Assembly (NCBI GenBank): GCA_010405405.1
Contig: MU004233.1
Span: 2,582,539-2,646,538 of the forward strand
Origin: Microthyrium microscopicum
Taxonomy: Eukaryota
Direction: 5' to 3'
DNA length: 64,000 nucleotides
In this document: positions 37,500 to 48,573 of the stretch, piece by piece
Layout: the number at the start of each line of letters is the position of its first letter
Numbering within the stretch: position 1 is the stretch's first letter
The notes under the pieces: model-generated
What the model saw: the letters and a program-made list of their open reading frames with translations, nothing else
Database searches by the model: none
What the model was told of the DNA's origin: nothing
Position numbers and translations under genes: made by a program

Positions 37500-37854
37500 C
37501 ACAGACGAGAAGAGATGCTGAGGGGAGCGAGATATCAAAAGAGGAAGGAACAAGTAGAAAGCGACAACGAACGAATGCATTAGAAATATCTACAAGCGTG
37601 TGCACCGTAAACGTCGCGAACATGCAAATCTATCAACCAGACTTTGCAAAATTAGCTACTAAGAATAAAAAAAACCTATTCTCATACCCGCCCGCTTGAA
37701 ATGCTATTGTGTTTATACAACACTGAAAAGACAGCCATGATGAACGGTGGTATATACACGAGATCTGTGCCGTCCAAATGCCAAAAAAGGAGAATGCTCT
37801 GTGCATCGATTACTCTTCGATGATACGAGCCATACGTCGGAAACAAAGGCGCCA

Positions 37855-40659
37855 CTAACGGTCTGCTTCGACGGCGCCGACTTCGCGCACACAGTCAATC
37901 AAGGCGTCAACTTCGCCTAGCGCCCATCGTGGACTGTCGAGCTCATCGACGATCTCCATGGGGGAGCCATACATGCGGCCCTCCAGTTTGGCAAGCGCAG
38001 CGGCAGCTACGCGGATGAGTGCGGTATCGCCTTCAAACGCGAGGATATCCCAAACGCGCGTAGCAGCATCGAGCGACAAACGCGGCGATGCAGTGCAGAA
38101 GGCATGTAAGATAGGGAACAAATAAACCGACGGATCCAGGATTGGTCCAGCAGACGGTGATGGAGAGCGCGGACGCATGATGCCGGCGGGACTAGACGGC
38201 GAGATGGGAGAAGATATTTCAGCCGAGTCGTGGTGGCCGGGGAAAACGTTGCGGCGAGTGATGAGGTGTCCGTGAAGTTGGGGGCGCTTGTAGGCGAGGG
38301 TAGCGAGGACACGGTTGTACGAGGCGTTGAGAACATCAGGGTCGTGAGTGAGGATGCCAGAGGCAAGCGGACGGTTAAAGACGTTTGCTAGGGCAATGAA
38401 GGCGTCGGAGGGAGACATGTTGATGAGGAGCAGGGCGGCTAGCGTTTGGATGCCAAAGTCCCAGTGTACGTTGGATCGGTACACAGCATATGCCATGCAG
38501 ACATCGGTTAATGCCTCGTGTAATGGCGCACCCTCGTGGAACATGTTTAATTCCGGAAAGACGGCGGCGGAATCTGCCTTTAGCGTTTGGGACAAAAATC
38601 CAGTAGAATCTCTGGCCTTCTCATCATCACTTAGCCCCTGGAGTCGTGCAGTCAACTCGTGGGCGCGACTGAGCGCCTTTTCGTAACTTTGTGGTGTTAG
38701 ACCAAGCTCGTTGCCTACAGCTTTCGACCATATTTCCCCGCGACGATGTGGTGGAACTCCACGCCACCAGAGTTCTCTGGTCTTGGAGTCTTTCACTGCA
38801 GTATCCCAGTTAGGTAAAACTTGATTTTCCCAAGCTTTCGTACGCTCAAGCACAGCAGCGTCTTTCTTACACTGAACGTCCTGAGCTTTTTTCTCCCGTT
38901 TTCTCTCAGCGTCAGCGGCAAGTTGCATCATCCTTTGATACTCCTTGAGATGCTTCTTCTCTTCCTTCTGACTTTTTGGGGGTAGCCAAGACGGACGAGT
39001 GCGGGTCAGAACGCGTTCCTTTTCCTTGCTGACTGGGAGAGGGTCTAATAGTGGATCATTCTTGCGGATTGGTGGTAGCTCGATAGGTTTCTTGACAGAC
39101 GGAGAAGCTGGTGTGCTTTTAGGCTTCACCTTGCCAGATTGAACAGCATCCTCGTGCTTTCGCTCAACTTGCTCGGCATAATCTTCCAGTTTACCAGTCA
39201 AATCCCGGGCTTCCGTGTCAAGGTCTGACAAGACAATATCACGAGATTTGGTAGCACCAAGAGGCCCGGGGAACTCGGCACTAGCGTCGGATAGACTGGG
39301 AGATATGGCGATAGAGGATGCGCTAGACTCTCCGCTGGAGAGGGTGTTGGGGCCAGAGGTAGTCGAAAGTATTGAAGCTGCGCGATCGACAATTCGTTCT
39401 GGTGTGGAGTTACCACTTTCAGACTGATTGCTCTCCGTGGTCGGTAATGATATAGTTAATGATGTTGGATCCGATCTTGCTCTTTGTATTCCTAGATTTG
39501 GCATATCTCGCTCATGTGGAGGTCGTGGAGAAATGGGAACATTGCAAATAATTGCATCGTCAGGAAGTTCATCGTCCAAATCGTCAAATTCTGCTTCCAG
39601 TTCTTCTACAGTTTTCCGGCCAGGTTGCCACGATTGGCGTCTGCGATTAAATGAAGATACGGACGAGAAGCTAGCATGTGAAGGAGGGCCAATTGGCAAC
39701 GAGCGAGCAGAAGGGGAGAAATTTCGGACTCCATGCGACGGAGACGGAGATCGTGAACGAGTGACTGATTGGGGGCCTAGATTTAGTACTTGTCGGGGTT
39801 GATGCCTCCGTGAGCGTGTTCGGGGACCTGGTACTGGCAGTTGATATTTGCTTCCCCTATTTGAGAATTGTGAATTTTTGGAACCATTTGGGAGTGATGA
39901 CAATGGTCTCGATGACGTGTTTGTTAATTCGCGAAAGGAGGAAGAATGATGTGAAGGTGAAAATGGATAGATGCGAGTAGTATTAGGGGCCTGGGACGAG
40001 TGTTTGTCGATATTCTCGAGGCTGATATCTTCGAAATTAGACAGGTCGCATGACATCGAATCAACGAGGCCTGAAGAGTGGAAAGAGGAGGATTTCGAGG
40101 ATTTGGAGTCTGCTGTGAGTTCTGGAGGAGAAGGACAGTCTGGTGATTCTCCTCGCGAACGAGATGATATAGCAGCAGCGGCAGCCATTGGAAGTATGAG
40201 GGAGCGGACGCGGACAGCCGGGGATTTGAGGTTGTGGTCGGAATTAATGTCTGGGAGTTGGAGAGTGGTTGAGGGTATTAAAGAAGTTGTTTTCGCGGTT
40301 GTGGGAGGGTCAACAGAGGTCGCGACTATTGATTGGAGGGAATTGGGTATGGTGTTGTGAGATTCTAGAAAGAGCAACGGCGCTGCATTCCGGCGGGTAC
40401 TCAGTCGCTCTTTCCTCCAGGGAATTGACGAGAGTACAGAATTAGAAGGAACAACGGAAGCGACTGTTTGTTTTGTGGAAAGAGCAGTCCGAGAAATGAG
40501 CGACTTGTTGGTAAGAACGTCCGGATCTGACTCTGGCAGCGGTAATGGGGTCGAAGAGATGGAGTAAGAATATTTAGGGAGAGCAAAGACTTCGGTCGTG
40601 GTTGTGGTGTTGTAGGCGAGCGAATCCACCAAATTGTCGCGGCGCGCCATGGTGGTCAT
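37855..40659 (-). CDS. TBC-domain Rab GTPase-activating protein (TBC1D12/14-like) with Ser-rich N-terminus
   Basis: VLPNWD...RELWWRGVPPHRRGEIWSKAVGNEL, FPELNMF...PLHEAL, LAALLLINM...AFIALAN, RVWDILAFEGD. TRPSWLPPKS motif upstream. Confidence 0.9.
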   Translation of the reverse strand: MTTMARRDNLVDSLAYNTTTTTEVFALPKYSYSISSTPLPLPESDPDVLTNKSLISRTALSTKQTVASVVPSNSVLSSIPWRKERLSTRRNAAPLLFLESHNTIPNSLQSIVATSVDPPTTAKTTSLIPSTTLQLPDINSDHNLKSPAVRVRSLILPMAAAAAISSRSRGESPDCPSPPELTADSKSSKSSSFHSSGLVDSMSCDLSNFEDISLENIDKHSSQAPNTTRIYPFSPSHHSSSFRELTNTSSRPLSSLPNGSKNSQFSNRGSKYQLPVPGPRTRSRRHQPRQVLNLGPQSVTRSRSPSPSHGVRNFSPSARSLPIGPPSHASFSSVSSFNRRRQSWQPGRKTVEELEAEFDDLDDELPDDAIICNVPISPRPPHERDMPNLGIQRARSDPTSLTISLPTTESNQSESGNSTPERIVDRAASILSTTSGPNTLSSGESSASSIAISPSLSDASAEFPGPLGATKSRDIVLSDLDTEARDLTGKLEDYAEQVERKHEDAVQSGKVKPKSTPASPSVKKPIELPPIRKNDPLLDPLPVSKEKERVLTRTRPSWLPPKSQKEEKKHLKEYQRMMQLAADAERKREKKAQDVQCKKDAAVLERTKAWENQVLPNWDTAVKDSKTRELWWRGVPPHRRGEIWSKAVGNELGLTPQSYEKALSRAHELTARLQGLSDDEKARDSTGFLSQTLKADSAAVFPELNMFHEGAPLHEALTDVCMAYAVYRSNVHWDFGIQTLAALLLINMSPSDAFIALANVFNRPLASGILTHDPDVLNASYNRVLATLAYKRPQLHGHLITRRNVFPGHHDSAEISSPISPSSPAGIMRPRSPSPSAGPILDPSVYLFPILHAFCTASPRLSLDAATRVWDILAFEGDTALIRVAAAALAKLEGRMYGSPMEIVDELDSPRWALGEVDALIDCVREVGAVEADR

Positions 40660-42543
40660 CTTACTGGTTTAACTGGCTGTTGCAAGGTTCCAATTACGAA
40701 AAAGGGGGCGCTTCCAAGCCACAACTCATCTCACTTCTTAAAAACACCTCTCTTGGCTCTCGTGTGTGTTGATCATTCCTTCTTCTTGAATTAATCGCGA
40801 TGTTGCTGAATTTTTGCGTAATAATAGTGATTAAAGATTGTTGTGTCCCTAGTATTGGTGACAAAGTTGCCCTTAGATGTGCTGGTTGTACTGGTGTGGT
40901 AGGTGAAAATGGCGATCAATCCAAAGCCTGGGAGGAAGGGATATTACTATTATTCTTTTTTAAAGTCTCCAATGCCAGCACGGCCAGGTTTTTGCCTGTT
41001 TTTGGCTATTGCTCTGACGAAGGAATTGACAAAAACACGGTCCAACTACTACGTCAAGGGCAATGAGTTGATAGAGTTAATATATTGTGACCTGTGCAGG
41101 GCAGGGCAATGCTGGTGGCAGGTAAACTGGTCTGACTTGACTGTCGCCGGTATTTGAGCCTCTCCTGTTGGCCAATCCACCTCTTAAGTCTCAGGAATAT
41201 ACCCTGAGTCGCTGCAACCTGTAAGATTCGTGAACTTTGATGCCGGTGCCAGTTTGGTAATTTCGGAGGCAGTCGAGTCGAAGAATATTCGAGGAATTAG
41301 GAGTTGACGGATTCAAGATCGTTGATGGAGATCACCATTAAGAGAAAAGCCGGTCTTTAAGGCAAGCTCACAAGCTTTCCGATACAGATATCAGCTGTGC
41401 TATCAGATGATAGTGGATAAAGTTGCATGGCTAGTTGGCTTTGGTCTTGCTTCTGGCCTCTTTCGAAACCAAGTTCTACAAACTGCGACTCTTACTTGCT
41501 GTCTTGTCAGATACCGCACATTTAAGAAGAAGTACGCGCAATCGTTATGCATGCATGCAGTTCAAGTCAACCACCCACCTCCAGCTTTAGCAACTTTGCC
41601 CAGCCTTTCAGGATTTGATCCTCACCAGATATGCTCATGCGCATCAACCAATCCGGCAAGCAAGAAATCATATCCCTCCCTTGGTTAACCGCTCAATCAA
41701 GAAATACAGCTTCCATATTTCTTCGGGAAGAAATTAGAACCAAGGTAACGTGTGAAAAATAGCAATCGTTAAAGCCTTAAACATTCATCGCGCAAGCAAA
41801 AAACGCGGGAAGGCTGGGATCATCCTCGCCTCCTCCCCCGTACGGATCTCAACCTACATCCACTAACCACCAGTACATCCACCGGGTCCCCCAGCCGTTT
41901 TAATTTCACGCTGGCTTTGTCGTCAAACGGACCTTGCGAAAAGAACGGTTGTTCTGTCTATATTCGTTAGATGATATCGACCGTTCCTGAGCGATGACAT
42001 GCTGGCGTTCCATCCACTTTCGTCGTGTGAGTAGTCTAACAAGGGAGACCTGGGACCTGTCTTATTATGGTAACAGTAACAATTTACCGACGCTTATTTC
42101 GTTGCAGCTTGGAGGTACCTTTCGGTGGGATTTGGGAAAGTGAAATCAAGATCGAGGCTCATTGGATGCATGTGTGCTAATGCAAGTCGATCTTGCTCCG
42201 CAGTGGCTCTGCACGGCTGGATGGATCTCTTATCGGATGCAGATATGTGGCTCCATTGTTTCTTGAGCCCGTGAGCCGAGCTGTTTATACCGACATGCTA
42301 ATATATATGATGTTGAGAACTATATGGCTCGCCAAACAAAACAATGCACAGCCTCACTTTTTTCAAATGCATAGTATCATCACTATTGAAATTTCTGTAA
42401 TGCTAAATGGGGTATCATGCAAACCATATCCGAATTTTAATGCTCAATGGGGTATAATGCGAGTCGCTCAAGTAGTACAAACAGAAACATCAAGAGAGCA
42501 AATCTCCGCAAACCAATTCCACCCAATAGCGAGGTAGATATTC

Positions 42544-45500
42544 TCAATCAACCTGTTTGCCAGCAATATCCCTCTCAGCTCGCAGAATAGCTTCCTCCAG
42601 ACCCTTCCGCTCACCCAACCTAATCTTCGTGAGCCTCAATTGCCCATCCAACCATTTCAGCACAGGCCCATATCCAGTCTGCCGTCCTGAGATGACTTTA
42701 AAGAACGCCTTACAGGCGAGCCTATTGTGCATCATTAGCAGACAGCTCTTCGCAGGATTATAGTGAGGTTATTGGACTTACCAACGCATACACTCCCTCT
42801 TAACCACACACTGAAATCCTCCGGAAGAATCCGAGTCCTTTCTGGCGAGTCGTCTTAATGTGCCAAAGCACAGATTAATCAGCGCTTCAATGGTTCCTGA
42901 ATCATGCCGGAATTAGTTAGCGCACGCGAATGTATAATGCGAGGTATAATTGCAGGCAAGTGAAGAGAACGATTGAGCGGGCGATCATCGCATTTTGAGC
43001 AGGGGTGTGCCAGTTGCCTAGTTGGTGCTTGGTGTGGATGCAGGGGTATGTCGTAAGGCTTAATGGGGGAAGTTGATGATGGGAACAAAAAGAGAATGAT
43101 ATGGAAGAGATGTTGGTGGTAATGGAGAGAGGCAATGGTAGAGATGAGGGTCTTATCAAGGAGATTATTGCAAGGAGAATAAAGGGAAACGTACCGATAA
43201 TGATCTTAGGCGATAGCGCATGTGAGCCAGAAAGTTCGCGACTATAGAAGTACAAGCGCCAGGCCGTCTGATGGAACGACAGATATAGATTCGTCAGCAC
43301 AGTAGGCAGGCTGTTGAAAGCGGTGTTGAAGAGGAATGGTTTCAATTGGATGCGCATTGCATTGAGCGCTTTGTGCTTGAATGCTTGGCCTGGAATGGCG
43401 GACGTTTCGATGGTCAATGAGTTGGATATTCCTTGGATATCGGAGCGGCGCTGATCGTTGGAGACGTCTAGATTTGTGGTGTTGATTGATAGACCGCAGT
43501 AGGGGAATGATGTGGTTGCTTGCGGTACCTCTCGCCCGTGGACGGTAGTCTTGAAGTTGGCGAGACTTTTGGATGGTTCGACGGTGATACCGTATTCAGG
43601 GATGCCGGCATGCATTATGGATAGGAATTTGGTTGCCGTGGCTTTGTTGGTTGAGATCAGGAGAAAGTCGTCGACTAGTCTGATAAGCAGCGTGTCTGGC
43701 GACTTAGTGAATGCGAGTTGACCGGCTTCGAGTTTGCTGTAGAAGAGGTTGCATAGTAGACTGGATACGATAGAACCTTGGGGGATACCATTTTTCTGGC
43801 GATAGAACTTCTTGCCGATACGGACGACATTGTTTTCGATATGTTGATCTAGTAGTCCTAAGAGTTCGTCCTTGTTTCTGGTCTCGATGTTTGTTTTGCC
43901 AATGAAGACGGTCTCAGACTTCGAAGCGCCACCCTGATTAACTGCGTCTTGTTGCATAGAGGTAAATCGTTTCGCTGGCTGAGCAAACTTTGTGAATTTG
44001 ACCTTGGGCTTGAGTACAGTAGCACCCTTTTGACGAGTCACTTGGGGAGTGCGTATCTGGGCGGATCCAGCGACGCTATAGATTCCTGACTTGATGATTC
44101 GGTCTAGTAGTGAAACCACCTGAGCCTGTGGGATCGTATCGAAACAAGATTTCACATCGACCTTCGCAAAGTATAGAGTGGAGCTGCTTTTGCCTAGCGA
44201 TTCTAGCTGATTCCGATATCGAGTAATAGCTGTATGAATACCGCCAACAGAGAACAATGAACAGCCTAGATGCTGAGGCCGGCGATCGAGTTCGTATTTG
44301 AGCACCTTGAAAGCCGGAGTCATGGCAGAATTGATGCTCTTTCCAAGCAATCTTCTCCCATTCTGTAGATATTCCTGTCTCTTCTTCAAATTCATAACTG
44401 GTCGAAACCCATTTCTCTTCGGCACTAGACGGATCTGACTATATCCCAAGGAGCGAGCGCCTGTGCTAAGGAACTTCTTCACTGAATCTGGACGCATCTC
44501 CTGAAACATGTTGGTCTTTACTTCACGAAGAGCAGGCTCAGTGAGTCGATGCCAAACATCGTGGCGAAAGAAATGGAGCTTGTTCTTGTCTGAACTGGAT
44601 TCGGTGACGTGAAAGTCTGATCTGATCAGAAGAATGATAAAGGAGTCGAAGATCCAGTACACGAATTCGGCCAGTAGTTCGGTTCTCTTTTCGAAATCCG
44701 TCTTGGACATCTTTTGATCATTTGGCCCAAGCCAGGCGATGCCAGATATCTTGATCCCTTGCAATACTTCATACAGCGATAGAGACTCGAATCTTCTCAT
44801 CGAAATGAATTTTTCTACTGACTTCATGAAAGTCGCCATGTTGTCCTTAGTTCCCCAAACGCTGAGCGGGAAGAGATGTCGAAGGACAGCTTGAACGAAC
44901 AGTACGACACATTTCGTGGGACACGCATGGTCGCTTGTAGCTTTCGTTCCAGACCGCACCAAGGCTTGATCGTCGCCACCATCTGTCACGTCCTGGACTG
45001 TACTCTTACATCCTCGACCATCACGGCCAGAATACTTCTTCAACAACTCAACGTATGGAAGCCGATGATGTCTCTTCCTGATAACAGCGACCATTTCAAC
45101 TACCGGTCCCCGGAGACGCTTCGGCAGCCAATTCTCTTTCGTCTTACTCTTCAGCGCCTGAATGCCCTGCTCGCGAACCGTATAATCCTTGAAAGCCTGC
45201 GCAGTCTCCCTCGAATCCACCGTCGAAGTAAACACATTATGCAGCCCAAACTGTCTTGGGAACATATACTTCGCCACATGCACACTTTGCTCCACGGATC
45301 CAGTATCCGGATAACGATTAAAGACATGAATATGCCTCAACCCAAGCTTAACGCGACTCTTGGAGCTATACGCCGGTTTAGCATAGAACATACGATGCCG
45401 TACAAAGCGAACTTCCGAAGGTCGTCGAGGCTCGAGCAACTCGCCCTTCACCACTCCCTTCTTCTTGACACTTTGCCCTCCCTTAGGCACTGTCATCTCA

Positions 45501-46312
45501 GCAACATCTTTAACAACCCTCTTCGCCATCGCAACCGCACTCAACGGCACCCCACTAACCTGCACCCAATTCCCCTTCCCTCCATTACCCCCGCGCCCAG
45601 CGGGTTCCTCCAACGGGACAAACACCGCCGTATCCAACACCAACTCAATCATCACCAAATCCCCTCCCTTCCCTAACAACTGCAACACCCTACTCCACAA
45701 CGACCCGGTAAGAACCAAGTAGCTATCATTCGGATATTCGCATTTACATTTCTCGCCTGGCGGACCAGGTCGATATCCCTGCGCCAATAAATGCGTCGGC
45801 CGTGAAGAGCGTCGGAAGAGTGACCAGAGGACGAATTCGATAGCTTCGGACTGGAGGCGCGCATCAGGTTCGCGCGCTGTGCCGAGTGTTGAGGCGATGG
45901 TGCTGGTTTGGTGTTGTTGGTGGTGTTGGGAGAAGGCGGTTAGATCGGCCTGGCGGGTTGTTGGTGGTGTGGGGCGCGTGGTTGTTTGGGTGCATATTGC
46001 GGTTGTGTTGAGGTAGGTTTGGAGGATGGCATCGTTATCGTTGTCAGTGGTGGTCGTGGTGGTGTTGGTGGTGGTGGTGAGGCGTTGTAGACGGGCGATG
46101 GCGGACGCGTTTCTGGTGGGATTGGAGGCGAGTTTGGAGAGGAGGTATTGGCGCAGTGATTGGACTTGGTCGTAGTATGTTGTTAGGACTGGATGTTGAA
46201 TGTTGATGTTTGGTTCGTCCTTGGGAGCATCTTTTGGTATTGCGACTTTTTGTTTTTTATTCGCTTTGTCAGCTTGTGAGCTTTTCGCTTTGCGTTTTCG
46301 CTTATTACCCAT
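42544..46312 (-). CDS. TERT: Telomerase reverse transcriptase; exons 46312-43195, 42896-42782, 42721-42544
   Basis: QFP-like KYMFPRQFGLHNVFT, T motif FHVTE...LHFFRHDVW, motifs 1/2 IRLVPK..FRPVMNL, A FAKVDVKSCFDTI, B' GIPQGSIVSSLLC, C LIRLVDDFLLI, E FPYCG. Two 3' introns restore the C-terminal extension. Confidence 0.96.
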
Positions 46313-46357
46313 GATTAGATATGCATGGCGATGTGTTCACGGATTGATGCAGTTGTT

Positions 46358-46382
46358 CGCGTTTGTATTGTTTACAAACGCG
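46358..46382. promoter_or_regulatory. Inverted repeat CGCGTTTGTA-ttgtt-TACAAACGCG upstream of TERT (two MCB-like cores plus forkhead-like TGTTTAC)
   Basis: Perfect 10-bp arms, 46-70 bp upstream of the TERT ATG. Confidence 0.6.
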
Positions 46383-48573
46383 GGCGGGCTGAAGTTGAGA
46401 TGGCGCGCAGGCTAGTGTTTGACCTTGGGAGATGCGTGGGAAATCTAACGGCATCCACGTGGAGATGTTCTTAAAAATACGCATTTTACGATTTCTCGTA
46501 CCTGAAACAGCTAGAACTTTCTTTTTGGAAGACTAGTGAATTGGAGGGTGAAGGGGACCGGATTTCGGAATTGCACTGTGGATGTTTGATGAGACTGTGG
46601 TTCGGATGGGGTTGTTGTACCACGCGAAGGACTTCAATGGCTGGTACCTGACTTAGCCTGTGGAGTATGACGATGATTGAACCATCGGATTGTTTATTTA
46701 TTTCGTAAGAGACGGAGAATATTCCAAGTCTTGGATTTGGAGACTGAAACGAAAATACTCAAGACAATTGGTTTTGGATGACTTTGAGATTGTCTACTTT
46801 TTGCGATTCATTGATTTATTTCTTCATCTTGAGCTGAATTCGAAGCCATTGTTGCAATGGGCCGGGAATTAGGTCAATGGCTCAAGCGTGCAAACTGATA
46901 ACGGGTGATCCATAGTACGAATTAGCAGTTCGTTGTACTAATCAACACAAAGGAGGCAATATAAGTTTCAAAGATCCTCAGATGACTTGAACATACAACG
47001 CAGGGAAAAGGGATAGCATGTTCTTCCCCCGCTTCAAGCATTAGCATAACAAAGAGTGCAAACCATACATACAAATGAAGAGTGCTTTTGGTTGCTACAG
47101 TGCTGGAATAAAGATATATTGATGGTGGGGTTGAGTTGTTATAAACACATGCAATTAAATTGATTGAGACGTTCATGCAGTCAGGATGACGGTTCCTACG
47201 GCGTGGACCCACAGACCACAGAACAGCCAAGTCATCAAGCGGAGAGAACAAGGATAGTAATGAGACAAGGACTCGAATGCGTGTCGAAGTGGTTGGGCTC
47301 AAACCGGCTGGGTCGATATGAAGATGTTTTGCTACAGTAATGTATCGTAGCGTGGGAGGATGACTGGAAATAAGGGAGTAGGACTTCTTTCTGATGCGTA
47401 GGGACAGTTCTCTGCTTCATAATACTTTGAATGGTAGTCAATGCGACAACAAGCAATGGTTACCATCGCACTCTATCAAGAATGTATAACTTTTCTCTTA
47501 TCTTGGAAGATAATTTGGGCGAGTATTGACGCAGTCGATGGGAAATAAAATACTCTCTAAGAAAGCGTAGTACATGGTAGACAGTTGGCACTTGATGGGA
47601 GTACACCATTTATTCGTCGTCGTGCTGGTATTTCAGTATGAAGGAGGAATATCTGCAGGTTCAAGTGATTAATGCGCTTTCCCGAAGATAATCTGCAATG
47701 CGTAGTCTGTCTGCAAGCATGGGTTGTTCCTTCCGCAAGGCAACTTGCACCCATTGCATTTGATCTGGCAGCCACCGCCTACTGGTAAAGCCTAAAGCCT
47801 GACCCGCGACTTCCTCATTAGTGTGCTGTGGTTGCACTTGCACTCCACGTCTTTCGTTGTTGGCAGTTGCGACCGACGACCTTGCAAGTTGTACCGATTG
47901 TGCCCTGCTTCAAGCTTGTCTGTGCCTTCTACTTTTGCCCATCAACCATCAACCATTGACCTCCCTACCATACCTACCTCCTACGATCTACCTAACAACC
48001 ATTGATTGATTGCTCTTGCCTTCATCGCAACTCTCAAACAACAATATCCCCTCATCGCCAGCAACAACCAGACTGCTGCCTGTAATCCCTTTTTTCGGCC
48101 AACCGACAATTCCTCTCTCTCCCCTGCGCAACCTCAAATCCCACTTCCACCTCCCTATTCGCCTACCACAAAGAAGTACCTTCGCCTGCAGCATACTCTG
48201 CCTCGCCTTGCCAATAATTCTCGTCTTGCACTTCCAGTTGGCTATTGACCACCGCTTAATTTCCTTGCGCGGGCAACCCCAAACTTTAATACTGCATCAT
48301 ACACACGCTCAACTGCTTGCCCAGTGCTGCCAAACATCTTTTTGACTTCAGTCGCTTCGCGCACGCTATTGGTTCCCTCCTTTCTCCGCCTCAGTCCTCA
48401 ACTGTCTCGACCCTGGCATTGGTCCTCATCTTACCGCAGAAGAAACCTCAAACTGCCTTTCCTTTCGCCCCGACCCTCTACTTCCCCTAGAGCCAGTTTG
48501 TCATACTTCTGTCCAATAAACTGTCTTGAATTCTTGCATTCAAAGTCCAATACTTGGTCAGCGCTAGCCACAT

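Noticed and set aside
44876..45676. 266-aa antisense ORF in TERT, and similar shadow ORFs such as 52847-53707 and 21976-22560
   Set aside because: They overlap well-supported genes and show no recognisable motifs.
42544..46312. Reverse transcriptase as a retroelement or novel RT system
   Set aside because: It has telomerase-specific QFP and T motifs, with no endonuclease, integrase or flanking repeats; it is ordinary TERT.
40660..48573. Telomerase RNA gene next to TERT
   Set aside because: By eye I found no TAACCCTAA-type template on either strand in the flanking intergenic regions. An Infernal search would be needed to exclude it fully.
47900..48573. Short overlapping ORFs upstream of the RhoGEF
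   Set aside because: Pyrimidine-rich leader typical of long fungal 5' UTRs; no coding evidence.
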